A stretch of 64,000 nucleotides of DNA from Phoronis australis (lineage: Eukaryota > Animalia > Phoronida). The translations under genes were made by a program, and so were the position numbers. The notes beneath the pieces were generated by a model. The model saw nothing but the letters and a program-made list of their open reading frames with translations. It was not told the DNA's origin and ran no database searches. The stretch lies in NCBI GenBank assembly GCA_002633005.1, contig NMRA01000019.1:1379372-1443371 (forward strand), read 5' to 3'. Positions 26,636 through 39,425 of this stretch are shown here, one piece after another. Numbering within the stretch: the first letter of the stretch is position 1; each line of letters opens with the position of its first letter.

Positions 26636-27700
26636 TTTTATCACCTCAAGGAATATTATGAGACTGTTTATACGTCGACATCTTTATATGTGGTTGCATA
26701 TTGTTGTTGTCTCTGCCCGCGCGCCCGCTGCTGTTTCGCCTAAACCCCTTGCCGGAACTTGTTAAAATTTGGCAGGTATGTTCCAATGGAGATGACAACT
26801 GATGGTGACGAGTTTCAAACCAATCGCACAACAGCTGTGCCCCCTTTTGTCTAGTTTATTTTTTAGGTTTGCCTCTGTATTTTTGGAATTCATAGACGGA
26901 TTTTTGGGAAATTTGGCAGATAGGTTTTTATGAAGTAGATAACAATGCTTTTCTAGTTTCAGAATGTTTTTGTCATATTCTGCTTCACCTAGGGGTCATT
27001 GTTATTGGCATCCTCTTCTTTATCTACCAAACTGCTCAAAAGACCATTATAAATTAACTTAGTGTTATGTGTTCCTGATGAGACTATGGCTGACACTGAA
27101 TTTCAGATGGGTCTGACGAGTAGTGTCCCCTAGTGGTGATTTTGTATTTTTTGCAATCTTGTCTGTAGCTCCCTATTCCTTTGCAGGATCTTTGAAAACT
27201 TTTGTGTGACAAAGGATGCCCATGACTTTTGGACAGCTCTGACTACCATTGCGCGCCCTAGTGGCAATTTTAATTTTTACATTTGCCTTACATCTTCCGA
27301 GTTCCTTGATCTTTTTAATGAACTTTTGCGAGCAAGTTTCTATTATCAAGTTTAGAGCACCTTTTCATTTTAGGATGCATGCTACGTATTTTCTGCTACT
27401 TATAGGCTATTTTAATTATTTCCGAGTCTGTTTTTTGTTGTCTGCTTCTGTTTGTGCCAAACCACTCAGCATTGTCATGTAAATTGGCAAATGTGTCCCT
27501 TCTGACAAGAGCTCAAATGATTTTCAGACAGGTCCAACTATTGTGGTGACCTTTAGTGACAAGATTCACCCAATTTTGAATGGATTTGACGTATTTCACG
27601 CCATCTACTGGTCGTTCTCGTGATACTAAAAATACCTTAGAAGCAACCGTTTGTGGTGCTGTCATCAGCGCTTTTCAACGCTCCACGTTGCTTGTTTTTT
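26636..27700 (+). mobile_element. Helentron/HINE-like repeat with internal ctagtgg subrepeats, in CLYBL intron 5
   Basis: T-rich boundaries, a short microsatellite-like tract near the 5' end, recurring (c)cctagtgg units, and a 3' end gcgcttttcaacgctccacgttgcttgttttt. Related sequence in reverse orientation at 63700-64000. Confidence 0.5.
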
Positions 27701-28232
27701 AAGAGTAAAAGGCCAAATTCAATTTTTATTTTTAGCCTAAGTAGGACAAAATGCAGGCTTAAAGAAGATGCAAATGCCAAGTTTTCTTCCAGGGATTTAT
27801 GTTAGCAGTACAGCCAAAACCAATCACTGCATTTTGTACAGTGTCAGACTAACAAAATCATTGGATGACATTATTTTTTGCCCGTCATGTATTCTTAATT
27901 TTTTTAGAAGTTGTAGGAAAATGTTCTCAAATACGTTGGTGCTCAGAGAGGCTAATTCTCTGCAGGTTTACTGTGTCAAGTTTTTGTTTTTTTAATTGAA
28001 TCTCAAAAAATTGGTGTTTTACGTCCAAGGTTTGCATTATCGTGAACCTAAATTACATAAACGTATACGTGCATGGTATGATTAAAGCATGTTTTTGATT
28101 TAAATGCATACGGTCACAACGCATTATAAAAGATTTTATTTATAACATTCTCTTGTTCATTTTTGGCTGAAACAAAATAGTTGGGTATTATCTCTTGTCA
28201 TCTATTCATCAATTGAAATATTGAATTTTCAG

Positions 28233-28337
28233 GGAGCATTTGAATTCAGAGGGAAGATGATCGACAAACCGTTACTGTTACAAGCGCAAAACATCAAAGA
28301 ACTTGCATTAGCTATCAATGAAATGGAATCATCTTAG
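28233..28337 (+). CDS. CLYBL: CLYBL last coding exon
   Basis: ttttcag|GGA...TAG encodes GAFEFRGKMIDKPLLLQAQNIKELALAINEMESS*. The spliced CDS totals 1107 nt (368 aa). AATAAA at 28468-28473. Confidence 0.95.
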   Translation, partial: GAFEFRGKMIDKPLLLQAQNIKELALAINEMESS

Positions 28338-31300
28338 TGGTCTTGTTTCAACAGAGATGTGTGAGGGAAATTGTGTTGTGTTCTGAATATTGGAGTGGTA
28401 TTTATAAACTTTCGCAAACACTAATGATGTTATGCTCTGACAAGCAGCGAAGCAACTGTGAACTAAAAATAAATTTTGATGAAAGCTTCTTCTCGTTTCT
28501 TAGTGCGATCATGTATTGTATGAGTGGAGACCATGGTTCAACAGCTAAACAGGAGCGAACAAAATTAAAGTCATAATATAACTGCAAGGCAAAATGTACT
28601 AAATCAACGGAAACAATCTAACTCGGAATGCACATCACCAGAAAAACAACTGTACAGGACAAAATCAAAATTCAGACTCGAAAGAAATGAACCAAATTTG
28701 TATTGATAGTTTTCACAAATATTTTACATCACAGCTAATTGCAGCAAGTAATCCTCCATCAGCACTATGCAAAACAAAGCCAGTAATCAATTACCCATAT
28801 AGACCAACATAACAGTATAAAGTGGAACTACAGTCTGTATTCATGGACATAGTAAAACAATGGCAATGTAAAAGCAAAGAGTGCAAATGTTCCATGTTTG
28901 TAGCTAACATGTGACTTCAGTAACACAATCCATGACTGTCACCTATGTAGTCCACACTCACGAAACACCAAACAAAACAAGATGGTATATGAGCTAGGGT
29001 AACATTTCTAGGAAATTAAAAATTGTATTTCCAGGAATATACTGTACGAATCTTCAGGGTAAGGTAATTTGATGTATTGTGACTTTGCAACCCCTATGTT
29101 ACAAGTTAGGTGTGGTACCGGCTCTGCTTGATAGGTGTAATCGGCTAGTCAGACGACAATGACAAAATACGAGTGTGGACCGTTTATTTATATATCCCTT
29201 ATGCCCAAGGAACTTTGGAACAGTATTTTACAGGAATATCATACTGATGTTGCCTTCAAACCGGTATGTACTTTTGCATCAGTGGTTGGTTGATGCTAAG
29301 GACGAGACCACACCAGGTTTTTAGTCAAAAGCCAAAGATTCTAGTTTGGTCAGTAGCATGTGTTAACAGTTTTGAGTACTCGTCGGTGGCCTGCTTGAGT
29401 GTGAGAATCTCGATGCATTATGCTCAACGTAACAATTATAAGTATTTGGCCACAAGTTAATACTAGTGTAACAACTTGCATAGTATAATAACATATTATT
29501 TAAAAATTTAACAACTTATCATATTTTACCAACAAGACAAGTCTAGCCTACTCTGATCATATCACCACATGCTCTACACAGATTTAAATCAAACAACAAT
29601 CTGAGTGGACCAACGTGTCCATATTTCAATAAGACATGAACAGGACAACAACTCCACATCCAATGTCAAATTCATGACAACTTCCATATAAATATAGATG
29701 TAGTTCTGTGATAAAATCTCACCAATTTAGAACACAAAATGGCAGACAAACTAAATTCTATTTTTTCAAATTAATACTTTGCCATGTTCAAGTTCTGTAC
29801 CATAGCTACAATCGTAAAATATGAAAATCTGTGAGATCTTGAAAGAACGAAAAAAGGATAATTTTAGAAATAATACTTGTCCGAAATTGGAGAGATTTTA
29901 TGGCAGTGTTTGGTAACAGTTATGTCTCATTATGAAGTGACAAATACGCTCAACTCAGGCTGAGTACAGGTCGTTATTACAATTCACACATTAAATGAAC
30001 AACATACTTGTCACTAACACTACTGCTATAACAATACTATAGAGTGAATTGGCGTATAAGAATGCACCCAATGCAGATTTTTAAAAATAAGATCTTTAAA
30101 AACTTTAAAAACTTGATGCACTGAAGAACTATTGAAATCTTAGAAAACTTTTAAAGGTGAAATGGAATGTTTTGTAGTGTAAAAATACAAAAAGGACATA
30201 ATTGTAATTAAACAGTAAAAATGTATATTATCAAGATGATTACCATATGCTTATTAAAGCAACACTTAGTTACAATTTTCTCTCCACACACCAATTGGCT
30301 CGCGTACAAATTCATTGCCTTTTCGCTAAGTTGTATAGCATCTTCCCCAGTCCTATAGACTAACATTAAACTCCTGAGCGAGGTCTTTGTAGTAGCAGAA
30401 ACAAAAATAAAGTTTGCATTCTGGTATTAGACCCAGAATCATTGATATAATTTTTTGGTCTTCCGAGGCTTAAAAATTGAAACAGACAGAATGATTTTGT
30501 GGGTGAGAATCCGATCGCAGAAACAATATTGTTCAACTTCATTTCAGGGTCCCTAGAACACACAGGCATCAATTAACGGTCTTTTACCTGACTTCCTTCT
30601 TAGTCCGACCTCATTCTCTCCAAGATATCTGTCGTTTTCTAGCAACGAAGAAGCACAAAAAGTGACTCGCTACAAGATTAATAGTTGAGCATTTTACCAG
30701 AGTGCGGAACACCCGAACACCCGCAATTTGAAGATTTATTTTTAGCCAGGTTAATGGGAACAGGGCAGGATCGCCGGAAGGATACCGCCCAAATACTACA
30801 CCCCGCAATGATGTTATATTGGGACGGTAGATGAGTTGTTTCTGTAGATTTCAAGAGATGGGACAAATGTTATGTAGCCCGGCTGGCAAGCTATTAAAAT
30901 CTGAAACTGCCTTACTTGAGGAAAATCACCATTTTTATATTCTGTCCTGTTAATGGTCTTCTGCTACATCGATGCCTGAGTAAATAGAACAGAGCAGATA
31001 GAGTTTACGACCATTGAGTTTTGCCATATTTATTTTGTAGCGGGGTGTTGTCAATATAAATGTACTAGTACGGTATAATTGTGTGCCAGTAAATGCCAGA
31101 TCCAACTGAATTGAGCCGATTCAGTTTATACTGTCAGCTGTTATTAATCATGGCCACCAACATGTTTATAGTGCATGGTTCAGTTCGTTAAATAGATACT
31201 ATAAAAGTTGAAACCACTCTATTTTGCCTTAGTGTTGATAGAACATAAAATATTACAGACGTTTCTACTTGGTGAACCATCATGCCGTGCCACGGCCAGT

Positions 31301-31883
31301 CTGGTCTGCTTGACTGTTGTTGGCTAACGAGACACTGAATGAAAAAGAAAATGTCGCAAGAGAATAAAACATGTATATCACCATGTATAATTCAAGCATA
31401 ATTTAAAAAAATATAGTGGTTATATTTCAACCTAATTAAACTGAATTATGGTTGTTGAGTTGCCAAAATCTCGCCGGGCGGAAAAGTGGCCGGGCCGCGG
31501 TGTGGTGGCAACCAGGCTCGTGCTTCCCAAAGGATTGCAACACTGTAGGCTGCAAATTGTAAGATAAATTTCACCTCACACACTTAGGTTTAGTTTGGCA
31601 CAAACTTCTGACAGAAAAATACCCGACATGTCAACACTGTGCGGGGGGATGTAATGAGCTAAATGCGTGAGTGATCCAGTGGCGGATCTACGATATCACA
31701 AGGGGGGGACCAACATTTTGTCTGGCTGTAAGCATGTGTGCAAACTGAACCAAGATTGTAGATAAGCATAGCACCGTATGGGGGGAGGTCGGGAGGGGGG
31801 TTTGCCCCCCTCCCGCTCAGGAAATTTTTCTGTTTTTACCTCTAAAAATCAAGCATTTTCCTTGATTCCTGAAGTATTATCCA

Positions 31884-32729
31884 NNNNNNNNNNNNNNNNN
31901 NNNNNNNNNNNNNNNNNNNNNNNNNNNNNNNNNNNNNNNNNNNNNNNNNNNNNNNNNNNNNNNNNNNNNNNNNNNNNNNNNNNNNNNNNNNNNNNNNNNN
32001 NNNNNNNNNNNNNNNNNNNNNNNNNNNNNNNNNNNNNNNNNNNNNNNNNNNNNNNNNNNNNNNNNNNNNNNNNNNNNNNNNNNNNNNNNNNNNNNNNNNN
32101 NNNNNNNNNNNNNNNNNNNNNNNNNNNNNNNNNNNNNNNNNNNNNNNNNNNNNNNNNNNNNNNNNNNNNNNNNNNNNNNNNNNNNNNNNNNNNNNNNNNN
32201 NNNNNNNNNNNNNNNNNNNNNNNNNNNNNNNNNNNNNNNNNNNNNNNNNNNNNNNNNNNNNNNNNNNNNNNNNNNNNNNNNNNNNNNNNNNNNNNNNNNN
32301 NNNNNNNNNNNNNNNNNNNNNNNNNNNNNNNNNNNNNNNNNNNNNNNNNNNNNNNNNNNNNNNNNNNNNNNNNNNNNNNNNNNNNNNNNNNNNNNNNNNN
32401 NNNNNNNNNNNNNNNNNNNNNNNNNNNNNNNNNNNNNNNNNNNNNNNNNNNNNNNNNNNNNNNNNNNNNNNNNNNNNNNNNNNNNNNNNNNNNNNNNNNN
32501 NNNNNNNNNNNNNNNNNNNNNNNNNNNNNNNNNNNNNNNNNNNNNNNNNNNNNNNNNNNNNNNNNNNNNNNNNNNNNNNNNNNNNNNNNNNNNNNNNNNN
32601 NNNNNNNNNNNNNNNNNNNNNNNNNNNNNNNNNNNNNNNNNNNNNNNNNNNNNNNNNNNNNNNNNNNNNNNNNNNNNNNNNNNNNNNNNNNNNNNNNNNN
32701 NNNNNNNNNNNNNNNNNNNNNNNNNNNNN
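31884..32729. other. Assembly gap (N run)
   Basis: 846 N. The left flank is a cagtggcggatc-type MITE end at about 31677. Confidence 1.
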
Positions 32730-33695
32730 TATGTGATCAAAGCTCTTTATGCATTTTTGACCGAAAGGATTAATTATGGCATGGTGAAATGATTTATTAT
32801 ATGGAGTTTATCGCGTGAACGTACAAGTACTGACCAATAAGTTCGCTCAAAAACTAGACGATTGAAGAGCGAAAATCGGTTCATTATTTGACCAACTTGT
32901 CATCTGAATATATATTTTACCCCAGCGTTTAGGCCGAGCAACCGCAACAGTGTAGATTATTTGAACACTTTCATCTTAATTGTATGTTATAAATAGTTAT
33001 TACAAAAGGGGTTTTAATTATGGAATGTCGGACACAAAGATTTCTTTTCCACACAAATTCGCCACTCATCAGGACATACACTGTCTGGTTCATGAACTCT
33101 CGTGACCTGTGGCTACAGTCAGCAGCAGCAAAATGTAGGTCAAGGTGCTTGGTCAAGATTCTCTGGCACCATAGACTATAGATAGGGACTGCCAACTCCC
33201 GTTAGAGCGCGTTGCGCATGTCGCGGGCCACGGGACATAAGCACTAACGATGAGAGGGCGCTGCACACGCAGGATAGAAAACTTCCGGTTTTATGGAGCG
33301 GTCGTTCCCTCGTTTCAAGATTTGGTAAAGTAATGAGTCGAATTGCTTGATTTTTTGGAGTGTTTAAGACTTGTAAAAATAAAATGCGTAAACTGTTCTC
33401 TGTCATGTCATTTAAAACATTCACAAGATAATTCAGACATGTTATGAGTTATTAACGCCAGAAACGTCTTCAGCTGATTTTCCCGTGTTTATCATTTACA
33501 CTGACTTACGCAGTCGCATCAGCTGATTTTTTTGTTGCAAGTAGTATTGATGTTTGTTTAAATTGAGTACCGTACGAATCGGCTCATAATCATGAATGAA
33601 TTTGCAACAATGTTACACAATAAATATTTGTAATTCACACACAGTTTGTTCCAGGGGGAAGGGCCAAAGGCTAACTGACATTGACACATCATTTG

Positions 33696-33749
33696 CAAAA
33701 CTTGAGTGTCAAAAACTTGTGTGCCAAAAACTTGTATGTCAAAAACTTG
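33696..33749. repeat. 15-bp tandem repeat x about 3.5
   Basis: caaaaacttg(a/t)(g/a)tg(t/c) units. Confidence 0.85.
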
Positions 33750-36142
33750 CTGTCACTACTATCATAGGCCAAAAGTACATTGTAAGGCAACTTCTAAACA
33801 TAACTACGATTATGCAAAATTGGTTCGATACATGACACTTGTTGCTGTTAACGATTCCATTCCGTTCGTATCGTCAAAACATTGGTAAAGAAACTGACCA
33901 AGAGACGACAAACTATATTTCGAAAATACNGACAAATGGAGGGGGTAACAAGAATGTCGCGCTAACAAGTGCAGCATGACCCTGTTTGCTGCTCATTCAA
34001 AATGGGCTTCGTGAATGTAATCAAAAAGGAATCTCAATATTTTCAATAGCAGCACATCATGCTCTGCATGTCGACTGAGTTGACATATTCTCCACAGTTT
34101 CTTGGCAAGTGATACTTATGATTATGAAGGTGGGCATGCTCATTAAGACCTAATGTCTATTTCTCTGTTTCACTGTCTGAATATCCTCTAAATGTCACAA
34201 ATACATAGAATATCTATAAAGTAATATGGAACGAAGAGTTGTATCTGGAACGTGATTTTGTGAAAGTGAACTTTTCCCCCAGGACTCTTCTATGGCTTTT
34301 TAACAAAAAACTGAGCTAATCTTCAGTATCGCATTGAACATGTCAATGTTTAATTGCCACAACAGAATCAGTGCCACTATTGAGTAGTGGAGATAACCAG
34401 CGATTGAATTGAAAACGTCAAAATTTGGAACGACCAGTTGGCACTGTAATTTTCTTTAGCGTTTTGTGACCCCAACAGATATTCAATGTTCGAAAGGAAA
34501 CTTGTATAGTATATTTTTTATAAATTAAGTTTTTGCACTTTATACACAGTGAAGGGAATTCAGTTTTAAGTGTTATATTTTTGCCTGCAGAAGAAAAAAG
34601 TTATAACATGAAATGAAACCACCAACTGAAACAAAATACCACAAAATTTGAAATAGAGAACATAAGAGGTAAAGACTCGGGTTATGAAAGGTGTTCTGTC
34701 AGCCTTATTTTTAGTGGTTATCAGATAGCACAGAACACACAAAATAGACATTTTTCATTTTTTTATTTTCCCAGTTCCAATGAGTAAGTAACAGGGGTCT
34801 GGGATTCCCCTGCATTACTTAACAATTGGTAAGTGAAAAATGACAACACGAATATGCAATGGGATTTTTACAATAACAAACAGGAAAAAAACATAACAAC
34901 ATTACATTAAGTGTTGCATACATTTCTGAGAACGAATACAAAAACACCCTTTGCATACTATGTTTTACAAAACAGAGCTGTCAGAGCAAAGCAAAATACA
35001 AATTTCACCAGAAACACTTCAATAGTCTAAAATGGATGGTAACTTTAGCCATTTATATATATTTTTGAAATATATTTTCGAGTTTTTTAATTTTTGAAGC
35101 CTCAAAAATAGCCTTTTTTTCAGCAAATAGCACCCAAAATGTTCAGGCCACAAAAATATCAAGTTTAGACAACTATATTTGGGAATCCATAGCTTACTGT
35201 GTTGCTAAAACAAGATAGAATCCTTTCATGTAGGTTAACAACATATCGTCACCAAACCACTTTTAAAATGACAAAACACTTCAAGAATTACCATGGTTCG
35301 GTGAAAATATTTCTTTTGTTCCAAAATATTTCAAAACAATTCTATAAATGAAATTGGTGTAACAAATGATTTCAAAAATAGCAAAAACCAGAAACCTAGT
35401 TGTTTCAGAGTATTTCGTCATTTATTCAAAAATCTTTGAGGTTATACGAATTATTCTTTTTTCCCCAAGTGAGATCAATGTTTTCACAATCTTAAGTTAC
35501 GCGCCATATGATCAAAATGATCATGTGCATTTTTAATTAAACAAAATTAAATTGGACAATAAAATTTCAATGAAATTTAAATCAATTTCATTCCTGTCAA
35601 ATAATATAAGAATTGAGAGGCGTTGTGTTAGTGACCATCCAAAAAGAGCATACTCGTATTCTAAACGGTTTTGATGTACTGCAGCCTTGAATAAACAATT
35701 ATTTTAATGCAAAATATAATTTTTTAAAAATGAAACTGATCACAGCACCACAAGGTAGAAAACATGTTACAAAATTATTTTTGAAGAAAATAGACTGAAT
35801 CTATCCCCAAAACTGAAGTTAAATTGAATTTTAAAAATATTCTGTAATGTTATAATGAAAATATTTCACCAATTTGGGTCACTTTATGTAATTTAGGGAA
35901 GTTTTGACTGGTTCTGTTCAATCCATTTGACCAATCAGATTTGAGTTCAGTTTTAACCCTGGAAAGGTCTGCATGGTTCTTGGAAATGACTGAATTTACC
36001 TTTTTTTGGAAGAGTACACTTGCAGGATTTTTCCAGGTTAGAAAATGAAAAGGCACTAAATTAAAAGAAAACTACATTTTCCCATACTTTTATAAAAAAA
36101 AAAACAAATAAAAGTGTACACAGATGTTTTTAGCAGTTTGAC

Positions 36143-36304
36143 ATCAATATCGGATTTAGAGGGGGGCCAAGAGGGCTACACCCCCCCTCCTAAAATTCCC
36201 CCAGATTCCATTTGGCAGATCGGGAGTGCCAATGTCTGAATGACAAAATCCTGGCTAATACTCTGCTCTGGTCCCCCTAACACAAAATCCTGGATCCGCC
36301 CCTG
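36143..36304 (-). mobile_element. Short hAT-like MITE, copy 2
   Basis: Reverse-complement homolog of 7662-7810, ending aaaatcctggatccgcccctg. Confidence 0.7.
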
Positions 36305-37590
36305 GATATACATATCATTAAAATCGGTTCAGTAACGGCCATTTAGGAAACTGAAAATTTATCCCCTTCTCAAGTGCCGCAGTACTTCGATTTTTAAAAT
36401 ATTCATGAATGCCCCCATTTGTTGAAACGGATATCAATATAAAGAAGAAAGTTTAAATAGTTCGATGGCATACTTTTCATTTTCCACCACTTTTCATCAT
36501 GCTAATATATATGAGCTTCTGAAAATCATGAAAAATGGCAAAATTTCGCTCTTGCTGAATTTTTGATATATGGTAAACCATGGCTTATGTATTGTAAACA
36601 TAGTGACGAATGAGAAACTGCATTTAGGTCGATCCAAAATTCATACAAAATCACAAAATTCAAACTAAATTTCATCGTAAATGACTGAGAATTCAACTGG
36701 TGAAAAGAATTATCCGTTTAGCTCAACCTTTTCATTGGGCCAAACTCCTCGATTTGCGTGTGCTTGTGCTGAGGACGCCTGTGGTTGAACTGTGTCAGCA
36801 AGCGGGCCGATCAACAACTTGTCAAGTTAATTCCGACACGTTTCGTACCAATAATCCGATTTAAATGGCTCGCATACGCGATTTAGTTTGCATCAAACAC
36901 AACAATTTAATTTCAAACTCAAAAATTTGCTTGTCGTGCGTGAAATAAAAACGAAAGTTCACCTTCGTTACTATGCTTAGCCATGAGACCGGAAGTTTTG
37001 AATCCTGCTCACGTACTTTTGCGTTAGGCCGCGAGACTTCACGAAGTCGCGAATCTCTTTACTAATATCTATGATAACACGACGTAAAAAGCTTGTATTT
37101 CACGGAAAAAGCATACGGCATTACTAATTACCATTCTGTGAAAACTAGTCTTGCTTATTACAAAAAAGTGTCACATGAGTTGTGGCTGGCATGCGTGCTT
37201 TGTCTAAATGACAGGTGGAGTCGTTGTTTGTTTAAGTGAAGACTGAGGACGCTACTATGAGCCGAATCTGCCTTACTGTGTTGTTATCTTCGTTGTGCAA
37301 ACAACAGGCATAGAAGGGGGAGGACAACCAAAGGGGCTATGGCCCTCAGTTCAATGCCAAAAATCTTCAACTCGGCCAAACTTTGTTGTAATTTTGCGTT
37401 CATATTGCAATGTCCCTACAGGTTGCAACAAGTTTTAGTCTTCACCGGTCCCCAGAAGTTTGGCGTTTGCATCGCCTCCCCCGATCACCCAGTTGTTAAA
37501 TGTTTCTGATAGTGCGATCATCAACGGTAAAAAAAGCAAATATTCAAGGTCAATTGAAAACAATTCACGAAAGATAATTTTATCAAAAGC

Positions 37591-38028
37591 TCAGTTTATG
37601 ACAGACACCAGGACAATCAAGTTGTACACAAGTAGGCCTAATAATAACGGTGTGGGCTTCATAGCAAACATACCGAGCGACTGACTCTGCGGTGTAGCAA
37701 GGGGGTTCAGGTGTCCCCTTGCGTCTGCCGAAAGGGGGTGCCAAACAATTGTAGTCCAGTGAGAGCACCAAGCATCTATTAACTGGAGGTTACAGAGCTA
37801 CCAACAGGGGGTGGGGAGCGCCACTTCGACTGGTGCAAGGAGGGGCTCGCTACGTCACTGGACACTTGATCTTGTGGCTCTTGAAGTCGAGGGTTCACTT
37901 GGTACATGTAGTTTTACCCATTCCGATGTTGAAAGTGTAGCCTCAGTTCGAACTGCTGTTGTAGGTATAGCTTCAGGATCAACTGATGTTTCAGATTCTG
38001 CAGGTACCACATCCAGATCCACGGCCAC
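37591..38028 (-). CDS. Candidate terminal exon: S/T/P-rich stalk plus GPI-like hydrophobic C-terminus, interrupted by a MITE
   Basis: Acceptor tag at 38029. 37861-38028 encodes VAVDLDVVPAESETSVDPEAIPTTAVRTEATLSTSEWVKLHVPSEPSTSRATRSSV. 37591-37686 encodes SQSLGMFAMKPTPLLLGLLVYNLIVLVSVIN* in the same frame once 37687-37860 is removed. Confidence 0.55.
37687..37860. mobile_element. 174-bp hAT-like MITE (cagtggcgtagc-type ends)
   Basis: Inverted ends ctgcggtgtagcaaggggg and ggggctcgctacgtcactg. GC-rich relative to the flanks. Confidence 0.65.
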
Positions 38029-38879
38029 CTAATAATGATAATTACTGCATTCCGTTAATAAGTAAAAAAATAGACCGGTGTTTTGTAACAGGCCCTGAAT
38101 ATTACATTTTGTACTGATTCTAGTGTGTATTGTAGATTTTAATGTCACCACCATTCTGTCTTATTTCATCAAACCTAGCTAACTGGTTCTAACATTAATC
38201 CTGATGGGCAACGCGTTAAATAAAACATTGGAAGCAGGAATGGCAATAGAACCAAGGAGACATTGCAATCGAGGAAACTAAATAAAGACATGTACGGTTT
38301 AGATCAAAACTGTACAAACTGTAACCAAAATCAAAGTTAGATTCGAGAATCACAACTTAATGGTCTGATTAAAATCATTAAGTCTGACTGAGCTCTCCGT
38401 ATTTGGCTCAGTTGTGAATACAGCGAACTTCAACTGAAAGCCATGGGTTTTAGCAGATTCGGTGCTGCAACCAGACTTATGTACATGTACTAAGTGTTTT
38501 GGTAACCTAGGCTATAGTAGTGGGTCTTTGGCTCTGGTAAGTTGAGTTGCTAAATCTGTATTCATAAACTCTGAGCAACAGCTTTCACATCCGTGGCGAA
38601 CCTAGATTTAATCATAAAAGTCAACAATACTTTCTACATTCTGGTTGACCTAAGCTTCAAACGACCTCTGTGGCAGAAGTGATGCATGGCACATGACCTG
38701 AACAGCTTCGCTTGATGACTCAGCTGTATGAATGGCTATCAGCCACAGCTGAGAAATAACCTGTGCTGTACTTAAGTCTAATTGAAGTAGTTGAAAGTTA
38801 AAGACACTCGCACTACAGAAATTGCAGCCCAATGAGCCTGCCAAATAATCCCTTTTCAATATAGCTGTTTGGTTATAAA

Positions 38880-39425
38880 CTTAAACGACCGGATTCGGTC
38901 AAGCACGCCTGCTGAAACAACTTCAGTAATGTCTCTCCAAACTGTAAATGTGGTGACCATCAATCTTATCCTCATATTTTCTTCAAATGTCCCCTCATCG
39001 AATCCCTGAGAGACTCACTCTTTCGTGCACTCAATGATAACCAATCAATTGTTAACGCTCTCAATTCTTGTAATAATATCCCTACTAGAGTTACATTATT
39101 ACTGAATGGTAGTCCTAACCTTGACTTTGTTCTCAACAAATTCCTCCTAAGCAACGTTAGCAAATTTTTATGTACCGTTTATCAATATTGTTGCATCTGA
39201 TTTCCCTACTTGAATCTGTAAATATTTTTGTTTTTATATACATGTATCTGTAATAGCATGTCTAAGTATTGGAATACTTATTTTAGATACTACTTAATTG
39301 TATATACCTCTATGTATATAAGTTTCATTTATGAATTGTTTACAACCCAGATATAATGCTTCGCGGTTTCTGGGTTTGTTATTATTTCTTTGTATGTTCT
39401 GTGTATCCTTCAATAAACATATATC
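38880..39425 (+). mobile_element. 5'-truncated LINE (CR1/Jockey-group) ORF2 3' end
   Basis: An open frame reads NCKCGDHQSYPHIFFKCP (C-terminal CCHC knuckle)...LLLNGSPNLDFVLNKFLLSNVSKFL, followed by an AT-rich 3'UTR with AATAAA at about 39412. Confidence 0.75.

Larger units (their letters stand above)
33170..37073. mobile_element. Candidate P-like (CATAGA...TCTATG) non-autonomous element with nested insertions
   Basis: Termini catagac and tctatg. Subterminal inverted repeat gcaggatagaaaacttccggt (33269-33289) versus accggaagttttgaatcctgc (36988-37008), 19/21 identical. No clean TSD. Confidence 0.5.

Noticed and set aside
30354-30900. THAP remnant in a P-like element (VASHFL motif)
   Set aside because: The similarity is too fragmentary and no matching right terminus was found.
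31778-32773. 331-aa and 287-aa ORFs
   Set aside because: They consist almost entirely of the N gap.
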